Virus record (IMG/VR): IMGVR_UViG_3300020577_002429
Span: 17,943 to 81,942 of that record
Origin: a virus
Lineage: Duplodnaviria; Caudoviricetes
Reading direction: 5' to 3' (one strand)
Length of the DNA: 64,000 nucleotides
Position 1 is the first letter of the stretch; the number at the start of each line of letters is the position of its first letter. A model generated the notes under the pieces. It had not been told where the DNA came from. It saw only the letters and a program-made list of their open reading frames with translations, and made no database searches. This document shows positions 16,394 through 27,869 of this stretch, in pieces. Position numbers and translations under genes: made by a program.

Positions 16394-18535
16394 TTATTTC
16401 TTATCTTCTTCTGAAACTGAACGAAACCAGCCCTGTTGATTTAACAAAAATATAGCACGATTCTTAACATCACCTTCAGGCATAGACATAACATCCTGTA
16501 CTTTTTTACCTAAATTAGAATTACCAAGCTTACTAGCAGCTTTAGCTAACTTACTGTTGGTAACAGCTCCAGCAGCTTGTCCAGCAGCAGCAGCTCCTCT
16601 ATAACCAATAGATTTTAAATTAGACTGAGAAATATCTCTAGCTAAATTATAGTTCTCACCAATACTCTTACCTTTAGTAATTAGGTCATTCACTTGTGGA
16701 TTATTTAAAACATTTTGAGATGCCTGTAATTTATTGGCGGCATCTCCAGTTTCATTCTTAGCAGCTTGTTTGAGCTGTTGAGTAAGGTACGTACCAGCAT
16801 CTTGAGTTTTTAAAACATTAGACGCTGATTCATCAAGACCGATACCAAGCTCTTTCAAACCGGCCATCATGTCTCTATATTTAGTATCTAACTCTGGAGC
16901 ACCTTTGATATTAGACTTAACGATATCATCAATCTTTGCAACTAGATCTGGTCTACCCATCTGCTCAGCGTAAGATTTCAAACTATTCAAGTTAACATCT
17001 TTAATAGTTGCTAAGTTAGTATTAGGTGCTGAGTTCTTAAGAATATCAACTTGATTAAGTAATCCAGAAAATGCCGAATTATTAGTTGCTTGCTTCTGTT
17101 CAATAAGATTAGCTATCTGCTTACTAGCATCAGCATTACCTTTTTGTAATCTTTGTATTTCAGCTTGTAACGGATCTGTTTGTGTTAATATGTCACGAGA
17201 AGATTTATCAACTACAGCTTCAGATTTACCAGCCTTATTTGATGTAAGTTTAGCTTCTGATACCTCGTACCCCAAATCTTTAAGTTCTTTTTCTTTATAG
17301 AACTTATCTTTAACTTTTTGACGGAGTTCATCCTCTATCTCCGCTTTTTCGGCAGCACTAGCAATCTTCTTTTGTTCTCTCAGAAGCATGATATCTTCTC
17401 TAATTTGGAATAACTCATTATCTAATTGCTTTTTCTGAGATAGATTTTCAGCAGCAGTATCAATAGATGAAATACCTTGCTCAGCTTTTTTGTAGCCAGT
17501 AGCAGAAGTCATCTCTTTCTTAGCTTTAGAAGCGTTAAGAATTGATACTTTAAGTTGTTTAATCTTATCATCACTGATGGACATGTCATTTCTTAGTTTA
17601 TTAATAGTAGAATCTACGGAACGAACATCAATCATTCCACCACGTACTTGCTGTTCAGCTAACTCATCAGCCAACTTATCAAGATCCGCTTGAAACTTCT
17701 CAGGAGCATCAATTTTTAAACGCTTAACTGCCTTTCCGTATTCAGTTTTAAAATCATTAGCCTGATTGGTTACCGCATTAACAATATCATCCGATGTTTT
17801 AAGTAATTCTTTATTAAATAATTCAGGGGCTTCTTTGCTAACTAAATCAGCACCTTTTTTAGATTTGTTAAATATTTTACCAGTCTTTTGACCAACTTCA
17901 CTAGCGGCAGCATAGTCAGCAATATTTCCAAGTCCCTTTAAACCACCACCAAGTATAGCACCGACACCAGCACCAACTCCAGCACCTTTTAAAACATCAG
18001 CAGCCTTAAGATTTTCTAATTCTTTTTCTTGTGCAGCAGCACTAATAGCACCGCCAGTAGCTCCCGCAGTAGCACCGGCCTTAGCCGCTTGCATAACACC
18101 TCGTACACCCTTAGCTCCGGCACCTAAAGTTTTAGCCGCAGCAAATCCTGGAGTGGCAAATCCGCCAACAAGTTCAGATAACAGTGCAGTTTTAGGATTA
18201 GCTTCAGATTGTTCGACACTTTTATCTCTAGATAAATCTCTAGTTTTATAATACTCAGCAGCAATTTCTTCAGGATCTAAAGTTGGTGCAGCAAACTCAA
18301 TATCCTGAATGTTGCCACCTGTATTTTTTAATCCAGCAACCCTAAGTCCTCCAGATACTAACCCTTGTAATCGGTCAGAAAGTCCCATAGTGACACCTTC
18401 TAGACCTTTTCCTACAGCAGTAGATAAGATACTAGGATCTTCTTTTTGAGGAGTATCAAAGTCAGAAAAGTCATAAGAACTTTCTTCTTTTGCTGGTGCA
18501 TCAAAATCTGAGAAGTCATACTGTTTATCAGACAT
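16394..18535 (-). CDS. internal virion/ejection protein
   Basis: 713 aa, helical, Gly/Ala-rich hydrophobic segments; YDFSDFD repeats at N-term; position after tail genes. Confidence 0.65.
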   Translation of the reverse strand: MSDKQYDFSDFDAPAKEESSYDFSDFDTPQKEDPSILSTAVGKGLEGVTMGLSDRLQGLVSGGLRVAGLKNTGGNIQDIEFAAPTLDPEEIAAEYYKTRDLSRDKSVEQSEANPKTALLSELVGGFATPGFAAAKTLGAGAKGVRGVMQAAKAGATAGATGGAISAAAQEKELENLKAADVLKGAGVGAGVGAILGGGLKGLGNIADYAAASEVGQKTGKIFNKSKKGADLVSKEAPELFNKELLKTSDDIVNAVTNQANDFKTEYGKAVKRLKIDAPEKFQADLDKLADELAEQQVRGGMIDVRSVDSTINKLRNDMSISDDKIKQLKVSILNASKAKKEMTSATGYKKAEQGISSIDTAAENLSQKKQLDNELFQIREDIMLLREQKKIASAAEKAEIEDELRQKVKDKFYKEKELKDLGYEVSEAKLTSNKAGKSEAVVDKSSRDILTQTDPLQAEIQRLQKGNADASKQIANLIEQKQATNNSAFSGLLNQVDILKNSAPNTNLATIKDVNLNSLKSYAEQMGRPDLVAKIDDIVKSNIKGAPELDTKYRDMMAGLKELGIGLDESASNVLKTQDAGTYLTQQLKQAAKNETGDAANKLQASQNVLNNPQVNDLITKGKSIGENYNLARDISQSNLKSIGYRGAAAAGQAAGAVTNSKLAKAASKLGNSNLGKKVQDVMSMPEGDVKNRAIFLLNQQGWFRSVSEEDKK

Positions 18536-19935
18536 TAGATCTTTCCATTCTCTTTTAATATTTTAATCGCCTCATTCTTATCTTTTATGTTATTCTTTTT
18601 CATAAAAGATTCAATCTTAGCATCGTCTACCGCTGGAGTTAGTTGTTGTTGCGGTTCAGACAACATAGGATCAATTAAATCCAAATCTGACTCAGCAAGA
18701 CCTCGCTGTAAGGCATTTTTCTTAATTCCAGATAAGTGTCTATTGTACTGTTTTTGTGCAATTGTTCTATTCATTTCGGCAAGCTTTAAAACCTGTTGGA
18801 TGAACTCTTTAGGGATCACACGAGGATTGTTTCCAAGCTTAGACATTTGATTTTCAAGTTGAGCTTTAAGAGAAACACCCTGTTGCGCTAAACTAATCTC
18901 ACCTTCACGTACTGCTGAGTTAGGATCGAATCCACGTACTGTTCTATATAATACGTCGATATCTTTAACTCCAGAGGGATCTTTTAATGCGGACATAGCT
19001 GATGTATACTGTTCTTCTGCCGTACTAATTTTCTTATAAGCATCAGACTTAATCAATCTATCATGTTGACGTTCCGCAAAGTCTAAATTTTTAGTATTAA
19101 TTTTAGTAGCTTTATCAGCAGACATAGCTTCACGCTGCATAGCTAAATTTTCTTTCTTAGCATCTTGAGCCATCTTAGCTGATACAATATTACCCAACAT
19201 TCCTGTTGTTTTCTGTAAATCTGCCATAGACATTTTATCACTAATAGCTACAGGTACGTTAGCAATCTTAGCATAGCTTGCCATATACTCTCTAAACGCC
19301 TTAGAAACATCACTATTAGGATCATTTTCTTTTTCTTTATCACCAAGTTCAAAAAGAGCTTTCTGCTCAGAGATAACTTGATTCTTACGTTTAAAACTTT
19401 GATCTTCTTGTTCCATCTCAGACTTACGGCGAGCTTGAAGGTCAGTAACATCTTTATTAGCTAAATCAACAAAGTCCTGTCCATACTTCTCATCAGCATT
19501 AACACCAGCAATAGATGCTCCGATTTTATTAGCAGCCCTAGCCATTAATATATTACGGATAGTATCATTAGCATTTGCTTGCTTATTCATCAGTTCATTA
19601 TCAGACTCAGGCTTTGGTAAGTTAGCCAGTAAGTCAGCTAAAGAAGCTTTCTTTTCAATAGGAGCTACTTCTTCTTGAGGAGCAGGAAGTTCTTGTTTAG
19701 GCATAGATGGAAGAGAAGGCTTGATAGTAGGTTTAGGAACGCTAGCTTGAATAACGTCAGGTTGTTCATTAGTAAAGTCCAACGTAGGCTTTCGTTCAGG
19801 ATATGCCATAGGACTTGGGTAAATAGACGGGTTTAAATTTGGTGCAACTTCATAAGCTGGAGAATTACCAACTTGATCAACAAGTTCATTTTGCTGAGGA
19901 ATACCTGCTAATAATTTTTTTAATAAATCATTCAT
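18535..19935 (-). CDS. internal virion/ejection protein
   Basis: 466 aa helical; DVLYRTVRGFDPNSAVREGEI motif typical of phage injection proteins. Confidence 0.6.
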   Translation of the reverse strand: MNDLLKKLLAGIPQQNELVDQVGNSPAYEVAPNLNPSIYPSPMAYPERKPTLDFTNEQPDVIQASVPKPTIKPSLPSMPKQELPAPQEEVAPIEKKASLADLLANLPKPESDNELMNKQANANDTIRNILMARAANKIGASIAGVNADEKYGQDFVDLANKDVTDLQARRKSEMEQEDQSFKRKNQVISEQKALFELGDKEKENDPNSDVSKAFREYMASYAKIANVPVAISDKMSMADLQKTTGMLGNIVSAKMAQDAKKENLAMQREAMSADKATKINTKNLDFAERQHDRLIKSDAYKKISTAEEQYTSAMSALKDPSGVKDIDVLYRTVRGFDPNSAVREGEISLAQQGVSLKAQLENQMSKLGNNPRVIPKEFIQQVLKLAEMNRTIAQKQYNRHLSGIKKNALQRGLAESDLDLIDPMLSEPQQQLTPAVDDAKIESFMKKNNIKDKNEAIKILKENGKI

Positions 19936-20948
19936 TAGTAACCCCTTCTTCTGGCTTCTTCATAATCAGCCTCAGTAAGAGGAGCTTTTGTATCAGCCTT
20001 ATTTGACGCCAATGCTGCTTGACCTAGACCGGCACCAATGCCTTGAAACATGCCAGCTGTTCTATTCGCATTATTAGTATAATTAGCTGCTTGGTTTTGA
20101 GCAACACCGGCTTTAGCACCAGCTAAATTCATACGATTAGCGAAGTCTGTTTGTAAAAGACCTTTGTTATAAGCCTGATCTGTATTCTTAACTCCAACAT
20201 TCTTGTCACCAACATTTTGTTGGCGAGTAACGTCAGATTGTAAAGCTTGGTTAAACCTATCAACATTAGAACTATTTACTCTAGCACGTTGTCCTAAATT
20301 TGTCAACTCTCTAGCGTCGGTAGCCGTAGCTAAATTACCCTGTCTATTGTAGTCAGCATTTTCCATACCAGAAGCTAAGTTAGCACCTTGAGTAATAGCT
20401 TGCAAAGCTCTAGATAATCCTTGAGCCTGTGTAGTGCGAGCGTCTTGAGCACCACGATTAGCACTACTTTGAGACTCCATCATTTTTTGAGCAAGAGCCA
20501 TATCAGAATTACCAACACCACGCATGTCTTGATTTTGTTGTAAAGCTTTTAATTTACTGGTCAAGTCGGCTTCTCTAGAAGATCTTTGTTCTTGTAGTTG
20601 ATTTAACTCATCAGCAGTAAAGCCTTTACCAGAAATTTGTTGTAAAGTATTTAATGCATTCATCTGCGCTTCTTTTAATCTAGGATCTAGTTGAATGTCA
20701 GCTAAAGCAGATTGACCTGCCAATTGCTCAGCATTTTCTGTCTGAATATTTCCACCCAATAATGGACCTACGTTGTACTGCTCAGAAGCAACTTTCATAG
20801 CTTCAATATCCGGAACGGACAAGTTAGCATATAAATCTTTAATGCTGGCAATTTCAGAAGCAGCTTTATCCCGATCTCCTTGAGACAACGCATTTCCAGC
20901 AACTCCGCCAACAATATTTGCTAAACTAGCTAGTAACAATGGGTTCAT
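19935..20948 (-). CDS. DNA ejection/pilot protein (P22 gp7-like)
   Basis: Gly/Ala-rich hydrophobic ends (IVGGVAGNAL; GMFQGIGAGLG); Q/N/A-rich coiled coil. Confidence 0.6.
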   Translation of the reverse strand: MNPLLLASLANIVGGVAGNALSQGDRDKAASEIASIKDLYANLSVPDIEAMKVASEQYNVGPLLGGNIQTENAEQLAGQSALADIQLDPRLKEAQMNALNTLQQISGKGFTADELNQLQEQRSSREADLTSKLKALQQNQDMRGVGNSDMALAQKMMESQSSANRGAQDARTTQAQGLSRALQAITQGANLASGMENADYNRQGNLATATDARELTNLGQRARVNSSNVDRFNQALQSDVTRQQNVGDKNVGVKNTDQAYNKGLLQTDFANRMNLAGAKAGVAQNQAANYTNNANRTAGMFQGIGAGLGQAALASNKADTKAPLTEADYEEARRRGY

Positions 20949-22810
20949 TAGTATTCCTCACCTTGAATTAATTTTAATAAATTATTATATCCAATATTTT
21001 TCAACTGGTCTTGGATTTGTTTATTGACGCCGCCCACAGCTTGTTGTTCGGCTTGAGTTTGAGCTGCCCAGTTATCCATTTCGCCGTAATTATTAGCATT
21101 TCTTCCACCAGCGTAAGTATAGCCAGCATTACGCATAGCTAAATCATTAGCTACTCGATTAGCATTTGCGTTCTCTACGGATAGAGTAGGACCAATGCCA
21201 GCAACACCAATAGATGATAGTGTTGGATTTTCTAATATATCAGTAGCACCAGTAAAAGCATCTTGTAGATTGTTAGTTAAATTTGGAATATTACCAGTAA
21301 GTAAACTGTTAGGAACATTAACAATTGCGTCCAGAAAATTCATAGCACCACCGCCAACAGAGTTTCTGCTTTGTCTAGCGATGCCTTGACCATATAAATA
21401 GTCGTCAAGAGTTGCTGTAGCATTAGATGCTCCGTAACCTTTTTTACCACCACCCATAGACTGAGTATCAGATCCTGATGCAGAGTAACGCTGAGATAAA
21501 TCTTTATTTAAAAAGTCTTGAGCGCGAGCATTTAAAGCTTCATCTAAAGATGATTCGCCAATTTGCTTATTACCAAATTTAGATAACTTAGCATTATTAG
21601 TACCACCAGTAAGAGCAGCTAAAGCATTTAGGTTATCCATATCCTGTTGATTAACAACATCCTGTCCAGACATAGCTTGAGTGTCTAATAGTCCCGTATC
21701 AAGAAAACTATTAAGTCCTCTATCTTTTAGTACATTAAACAATCTGATTTGTTTTTGCTGAGGCGTTTCATTAGGAGTCATCTTTTGGGCAGTAACCGTA
21801 CCACCACCAATACCAGCAGCTTTATCTACATCTTGAACATTACCTAATTGTAAAGTGTCATAAAGAGCTTGAGATACTTCGCCAGTATCTTGAAACTTTT
21901 TGTAGTCAGCTTCAAGTCTAGATTTAGTAGCAGCTTTAGCTTGATTAATTTGACCAACTCGATCAGTTAGAGCCTTTTGCTGCTCAGCACTCATTTCACC
22001 AAGTCTATTATTAAGACCTAATTCAGCAGCAGCTTGAGCAGTAGATAACGTACCTACTTCTTCTTGTTTAGCCGTAGCAACATTCTTATTTTCTTGTAAG
22101 CCTTTAGTGTTAGCTTGTAAGTTTTGATTAACTTGATTTAACGTACCAGACTTATCTTGAGATAATAAAGCATTATCTAGATTTTGCAGTCCAGCCCTTT
22201 GATTTCTACTATTGATAGCTTTCTGTAACAACACAGATCTATCATTAAAATTATTTAATTGAGATTGACGTTCTTTATTTGTATCATAAGCTTTAGCTGA
22301 TGCAGCCATAGCTTCATTGGCTTGCTTGTTAGATTCTTCTTTTAATTTAGAAGACGTATCACCTGTAGCAATACCTCTAAAAGTATTCAATTGATCTTGA
22401 TTTTTAGAAATATCAGCAGCTGCTTGTGCTCCAGATAAGTTAGTAGCATACCCCTCAACACCATAAGCTTTACCAGTTGGTGTCGGCGGTTGGACAGTAT
22501 TAGCTGACTTTAATTTATTAGTAAAATCTGAAGTAGTTCCGGTAAGGTTGCCGATGTTTTGATTGGCAGCACCAGCCTCATTTATCTCACGACCAGTAGT
22601 TTCTTTAAGACCTGTAATTTCTTTATTAACATTAGAACCAATAGCACCAGCTAAACGCTGACCGCTGCCTTGATTAGCACTTAAGTACTTTTGAAGAGTA
22701 GAATACTGTCCTGTAGGAGTCTGAGTGCCGCTAGTAGACGCTGGCTGAGGAGCAACATTAGACGTTGCGACCGTTTTGTTTGGATCAGTTGGATTAGAAA
22801 TAGTAGCCAC
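20948..22810 (-). CDS. internal virion protein
   Basis: 620 aa N/Q/A-rich; GTG start, SD GGGAG. Confidence 0.6.
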   Translation of the reverse strand: MATISNPTDPNKTVATSNVAPQPASTSGTQTPTGQYSTLQKYLSANQGSGQRLAGAIGSNVNKEITGLKETTGREINEAGAANQNIGNLTGTTSDFTNKLKSANTVQPPTPTGKAYGVEGYATNLSGAQAAADISKNQDQLNTFRGIATGDTSSKLKEESNKQANEAMAASAKAYDTNKERQSQLNNFNDRSVLLQKAINSRNQRAGLQNLDNALLSQDKSGTLNQVNQNLQANTKGLQENKNVATAKQEEVGTLSTAQAAAELGLNNRLGEMSAEQQKALTDRVGQINQAKAATKSRLEADYKKFQDTGEVSQALYDTLQLGNVQDVDKAAGIGGGTVTAQKMTPNETPQQKQIRLFNVLKDRGLNSFLDTGLLDTQAMSGQDVVNQQDMDNLNALAALTGGTNNAKLSKFGNKQIGESSLDEALNARAQDFLNKDLSQRYSASGSDTQSMGGGKKGYGASNATATLDDYLYGQGIARQSRNSVGGGAMNFLDAIVNVPNSLLTGNIPNLTNNLQDAFTGATDILENPTLSSIGVAGIGPTLSVENANANRVANDLAMRNAGYTYAGGRNANNYGEMDNWAAQTQAEQQAVGGVNKQIQDQLKNIGYNNLLKLIQGEEY

Positions 22811-22828
22811 TTATACTCTCCCCTATAT

Positions 22829-22841
22829 TAATATATGTTAA
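22829..22841 (-). promoter_or_regulatory. putative late promoter motif
   Basis: TTAACATATATTA on minus strand, 18 nt before GTG 22810. Confidence 0.75.
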
Positions 22842-22851
22842 TATCCCCTCG

Positions 22852-23259
22852 TTAAGAAGCAAAAAACACTATTGTAACGTCATAATCTTTATTAGGTAAT
22901 AACCCTGTAATCTGTGTAATAGTGATAATGTCACCATTTAATGAATAAGTGACAAAAGGACTACCGGCTAACATACTACCATCATAACTTCTAACATTAA
23001 TAACTATTGAACCTTTGGGCTTAGTCTTTAATGTATACTTAATCTGGCTGTTTCCAATAGGCTTTCCGGTAGCATCAACCCTAGCCTTATAGGTAGCTGT
23101 TAATGCGCTTAGATTCTCGTCTATTGTGATATTATTATTAAAGGCATAATATACCTGTTCTTGGAACAGATTGAATACAGAGGCTAATTTCTCAATTAAA
23201 GGTTGATCCTTGGCATCATAGTCTTCTTTTACTAAACGCTTAAAAGCCGATATCTTCAT
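22852..23259 (-). CDS. virion structural protein
   Basis: ORF track; beta-rich C-terminus; tail module. Confidence 0.6.
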   Translation of the reverse strand: MKISAFKRLVKEDYDAKDQPLIEKLASVFNLFQEQVYYAFNNNITIDENLSALTATYKARVDATGKPIGNSQIKYTLKTKPKGSIVINVRSYDGSMLAGSPFVTYSLNGDIITITQITGLLPNKDYDVTIVFFAS

Positions 23260-23759
23260 TATTTTCCACCATGATAACGTAATCTATTAGCATTTCTAAA
23301 AGAATCGTACATCTGATCGTATTTTTCAGTTAAGGCTTTAGCTTCGTTATCATTAACATTTGGATCATTAATCTGATCGTCAATTTGTTGAAGCTGACTA
23401 TCTTGTTCATCGTCAAACTCTAACCCTTCAGCTAAAACATTCTTCTCATACTCAGGAGTACCTTGTTTATACTCAACGCGTATAGGCATTTCATCATCCC
23501 TAACAGCACTACCAGGATTTTGATTACGAAGAATAGCTGCTAAAGCTCCATACCCACCACTTTCAGGTTCTTCCATAGCTGGCTGTCTTTTTTGGATGGG
23601 AACAATGCTGTCCACTTTAGATTGTACAGGACTAGCTCTGTCGAAGTCTTTACTGTAACCGATATAGTCATTTGAATTAAATGCCTTATTAGTAGGTACA
23701 GCTTGATCTCTAGGATTTTTAATTATTTGTCCAGTAATAGGATCTATTTTATATGCCAT
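23259..23759 (-). CDS. hypothetical acidic protein
   Basis: ORF track. Confidence 0.6.
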   Translation of the reverse strand: MAYKIDPITGQIIKNPRDQAVPTNKAFNSNDYIGYSKDFDRASPVQSKVDSIVPIQKRQPAMEEPESGGYGALAAILRNQNPGSAVRDDEMPIRVEYKQGTPEYEKNVLAEGLEFDDEQDSQLQQIDDQINDPNVNDNEAKALTEKYDQMYDSFRNANRLRYHGGK

Positions 23760-23760
23760 A

Positions 23761-26700
23761 CTATCTCCTGTATGCTCTATCGCTAGTTATTTCATATTTA
23801 TAGCTGATGCCCAGGATGTTGTATTTCATCCAAGCACTATCATGGAACACTCGACACTTAATATGACGACATCTTTGTTTCATTCTAGGGATGAGAGTTC
23901 TTAGTGGATAAGAAGTACCATTACCACCAAATGCAGTTTCACCAAATACAGCTTTACCGAAATTACCATCACCATCTAAAGTAAAAGTCACATTCTCAAA
24001 GTTACCAGAAAGATCTGTAGCATACCCTAAAGTAATCTTATTCAAACTATTCTGCTCAACCATAAGAGTACCTTCGGAAACATGCTTTAACATAGAAGGA
24101 TCTCCCAAGGTGAAGTACTCCCACACTATCTCAGACTTAATACTTTGATAATGAACAACGTCACCAATAGAGAAAGGCATATTGTATGCTATCTTTATGT
24201 AGTTCTGCGAAGCGTTTACCTCAGTTACAATTAAATCCAACTCTTCCATTCCAACTGATAAATCATAGTTAGAAAAGAAAGCAGAGGTAGACGTATTAAG
24301 CGAATTAACAATATCGTTAAATTCTCTTTGTACTATTTTATTGTCCGTTTGACCACTAAAGTAGTACGATTCTTGTAACGTACCATTTTCAGCAACATTA
24401 AGATCAATATTCACTTCAATGACTTGAAATCTAGACGCTGTAGAATTAATTACCTTGTATGGTCTAGCATTTTGTAAACCTGTAGGTGGGACCGCCGTTA
24501 CCGGAGTTGCACTATTTGTGTAAGTAATTACATCACCGTCTACTAATCCATGCTCAGGAAATACCACCTCAGAAGTTGTGTAATCTATGTCCTGAACAAG
24601 ATTAAATTGTAGAGTTTTAGAAACTCCAGTAAATATACCTATGCCTAGAGTTGAAATAGTTTTAGTAAGAATGTTAGGTAGTAAGTTAGTAAGCTTGAAA
24701 GTGTTAGTTGTAACATTGACAACTCTATAGTAACTATCTGATGTTAATGCCACTGGAGTAGCAGAAGTAAATTTTACAATGTCATTTTCTTCAAATCCAT
24801 GACTAGCTATTGTAATAGTGTTAGATGCCGTACCAGAGAAAACATTAGATATTCTAGTGGTATCTTTAATATTTAATTCCGTTACTAAATCTATCATACC
24901 ATCAGTAAGATCTGCTCCACCAAGCATTGTAAGCTTAGGAAATGTAGAAGAGAAGTTTAAAGTTGGATCGGTTTTAAGTCTAGCAACTAAGTCATTGTAC
25001 TCATCAGGAGATAAGTATTGTTCTTGTGTGACACTATCTCCAATTTCAATACCTGATACATTATCCATATAAATTCTATTTTGCGAAAAAGCCGATATTG
25101 TTCTATCAAAACTTCTATCAACATAATCACGAGAATTAAGCTTCTTACGTTCAACTTCGATGGCCGGAGTATCGTCAACACCTAAGTATAGTTTATTCTT
25201 ACTGCTAACAACACCGCAAATACCAGACTTATCAAATGAAGTCCATGTTCTAGTAAAGCTATTATATCGATACGCTATAGTTGCTGTCTCATCGGATTCA
25301 TTATCAACTATAAACAGGATATACGCTCTATCAGCTTCATAGCTAATACCAAAAGACGCAGTAGCATAGTTTGTAAAGTTCTCAGAAGAAGCTCTATTAA
25401 ACGTATTTTCAATAGGTCTAGAGATAACACCTACTCCAGTTTCGGAAGCAGTTGATACGCCTTGTACTCCCCAGAAGTAGATTTGGTTATTTAATATAGT
25501 AGCACTATCAGGAGCGAGTAATATACCAGAGTTATCAAAGAAAGCAACATTAAAGTTTGATTCATTCTCCCCGGTAAGACGATATAAACCCTCTTCTTTG
25601 AAGATAAATAAACTATCACGTAAACCTAAGATGCGAAGAATTGCTTTATCCTGTGGACCAATTCTAAATGAATTAGTTGTTGGAACCGCTTCTGGTTGTT
25701 GTACTTTAGAGAACATTAAAACATTGTTTCCAATATTATTAGTTGAATTTACCGCAGTAGCAATGTCAGGATTAAAGCTAACATTAGATTGAAATCCAGT
25801 ACCTAGTATAGAAAATGATGTAGCTGAGAAATTCTTCTCTTCTAAATAAAACTGACCGGGCAAACTGTTTGACGTAGCTAGGTAGTAAGCATATACCGGA
25901 CTAGACGTAGTAAAATTAATTACTTTAACTAGAGATTTAGCTGTATCTTCAATAGCCGAAGCTGGACTGAAATAACTAGATAATTTAGCAAATCCTAAAG
26001 ATATGTTCTCACCAAAACCATCTTGAGTTTTAGCAATAGAAACCAAAGAAGTACCCGATTGCGTAGCACTAGCAACATCAGTCACTGCGCCAGAAGTAAT
26101 TGTAGTAACAGTTAACTCACCAGTAGCAACTTCTTCTATTGTGAAAAAATCACCAGTTAAGTCAACAGCATCTTTAATTCTAGACCTAACCTCATCCGCG
26201 GTAACAGTAGCAACTGTGTATAAGTCAACTTTAAACAACACACGTCCGGGGACGGTAGGAGCTACGTCTATAGCTGACTTAGCAAACCAGAATGAATACT
26301 TGATTTTATCATCAATAGAAGTTAAATTGAAATAATCAGAAGATACTACGGAAGCAAAGGGTTGAGCAACTAAACTAGTTACTTCAGGTTTACCAACAAA
26401 GAAATATCTATTTGTTTGCGTATTCTTAGTGATAGTTACATAAGTACGATATAATACATAATTTAATCCAAACAAAGCACTATCAGCATTGATAGTAATA
26501 CTAGTAGGAGAAACAGCTGTAACAACATACTGACCATCAACGCTAGTAGTATTAGCTAAGGCAACGTACTCACCAAGTTGAACGCCATGTCCAGAAGGGA
26601 GAGTAATTACTGCCGGATTACCAACAGCGGCTGGAGCATCAATAGGAGCTTTAAATCCATCAAATCCCAAGAAAGTTAAATCTAACTTCTGAGTCGTTTT

Positions 26701-27867
26701 AGTATTAGCAAACCAAGCTCTATCTTTATAGACACAGATATCTTCACATACTGGAGGTCGGTCATTAGCTTGTAATATACCTTCACCAGATAATTCATTT
26801 GTATAAAGAGGTGTACCTGTATCTCGGATAACTTCAGGAGTACTATCTGTAATGGTAACAATAGAAGAATACCCATCATACTGAGATTCATAGACAAGAC
26901 GCATCTCATCACCAGAACCATTTACAGTAAATACATTAGTGCGGTAAATTTGATAGAAATAATCAGTAGTAATACCTTGTGGAACAGCAAAGCTAACAAC
27001 TACATCAGCATTTTGTCTAGTGTAATTTTGAATGAAAGCTCGCTCACTAGGTTTACCAAGTATTAAATTAGTGTTAACATCTTTAGTTCCCCACAATACG
27101 CGATAGGCAACCTCAACATCATCAGCACCAGTGATAGGACCGAAGAACCCCCCAGTACCGCTGAACGATAGAGATAGATCGACACCTAAAGCTGTAATAC
27201 CGCCAGCACTTCCAATTGAATACGGATTAAGTTGAGAAATCTTTTTAACACCAGTGTTTGTTGTAAAATATAAATTACTATTTAATTCAATATACTTAAT
27301 TCGTAACTTAGATTTAACTTCATTGGTGATAAAATCATAAATAATTGTAGCTCTTGCTGATCCACCGATAACAACAGGAGATCCTGACAGAGAGTCTGCG
27401 ATGGTGAATGTATCTTTATCTATAACTTGATAAACTACATAACTAGAAACTTCATTAATTCCCGTGGGAAATGTAAAATATCCAGAACCTGAGTAATCTC
27501 TAGTCTTAGTAAAGAATACAGAATCACCAACTGATAAGCCGTGATCTACAATAGAAATATTAGTAGAAGCTGTAGTTGTGATGAAATTAGAAGTACCCTT
27601 CATAACGGTCATCGAAGCCGGATCTGCCGTATTTAAGTATCCAATAGAATTACCGTAATGGCAAAGCACTCTATCTTTATAAGTAAGAAGCTGTTTAGAA
27701 TATTCAGGAAGGTCAGTCAATATCTTCATACCACGTCTAGGTTCTAAGATATTATCTCTATCAATTACTACGTTACTAGCTATCGACTGATCACCATTAG
27801 CTTCGTTGTCAATATAATTAGGAAAGTTTTTTAAACCATTGGCTTTATTGATAGAAGATGTTGCCAT
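23761..27867 (-). CDS. tail nozzle/tubular protein B-like with inserted modules
   Basis: 1368 aa; N-term ASNVVIDRDNILEPRRG and C-terminal beta-sheet typical of podovirus nozzle/stabilisation proteins; four HG(L/F/V)..(G/N)(D/E).V modules. Confidence 0.7.
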   Translation of the reverse strand: MATSSINKANGLKNFPNYIDNEANGDQSIASNVVIDRDNILEPRRGMKILTDLPEYSKQLLTYKDRVLCHYGNSIGYLNTADPASMTVMKGTSNFITTTASTNISIVDHGLSVGDSVFFTKTRDYSGSGYFTFPTGINEVSSYVVYQVIDKDTFTIADSLSGSPVVIGGSARATIIYDFITNEVKSKLRIKYIELNSNLYFTTNTGVKKISQLNPYSIGSAGGITALGVDLSLSFSGTGGFFGPITGADDVEVAYRVLWGTKDVNTNLILGKPSERAFIQNYTRQNADVVVSFAVPQGITTDYFYQIYRTNVFTVNGSGDEMRLVYESQYDGYSSIVTITDSTPEVIRDTGTPLYTNELSGEGILQANDRPPVCEDICVYKDRAWFANTKTTQKLDLTFLGFDGFKAPIDAPAAVGNPAVITLPSGHGVQLGEYVALANTTSVDGQYVVTAVSPTSITINADSALFGLNYVLYRTYVTITKNTQTNRYFFVGKPEVTSLVAQPFASVVSSDYFNLTSIDDKIKYSFWFAKSAIDVAPTVPGRVLFKVDLYTVATVTADEVRSRIKDAVDLTGDFFTIEEVATGELTVTTITSGAVTDVASATQSGTSLVSIAKTQDGFGENISLGFAKLSSYFSPASAIEDTAKSLVKVINFTTSSPVYAYYLATSNSLPGQFYLEEKNFSATSFSILGTGFQSNVSFNPDIATAVNSTNNIGNNVLMFSKVQQPEAVPTTNSFRIGPQDKAILRILGLRDSLFIFKEEGLYRLTGENESNFNVAFFDNSGILLAPDSATILNNQIYFWGVQGVSTASETGVGVISRPIENTFNRASSENFTNYATASFGISYEADRAYILFIVDNESDETATIAYRYNSFTRTWTSFDKSGICGVVSSKNKLYLGVDDTPAIEVERKKLNSRDYVDRSFDRTISAFSQNRIYMDNVSGIEIGDSVTQEQYLSPDEYNDLVARLKTDPTLNFSSTFPKLTMLGGADLTDGMIDLVTELNIKDTTRISNVFSGTASNTITIASHGFEENDIVKFTSATPVALTSDSYYRVVNVTTNTFKLTNLLPNILTKTISTLGIGIFTGVSKTLQFNLVQDIDYTTSEVVFPEHGLVDGDVITYTNSATPVTAVPPTGLQNARPYKVINSTASRFQVIEVNIDLNVAENGTLQESYYFSGQTDNKIVQREFNDIVNSLNTSTSAFFSNYDLSVGMEELDLIVTEVNASQNYIKIAYNMPFSIGDVVHYQSIKSEIVWEYFTLGDPSMLKHVSEGTLMVEQNSLNKITLGYATDLSGNFENVTFTLDGDGNFGKAVFGETAFGGNGTSYPLRTLIPRMKQRCRHIKCRVFHDSAWMKYNILGISYKYEITSDRAYRR

Positions 27868-27869
27868 GA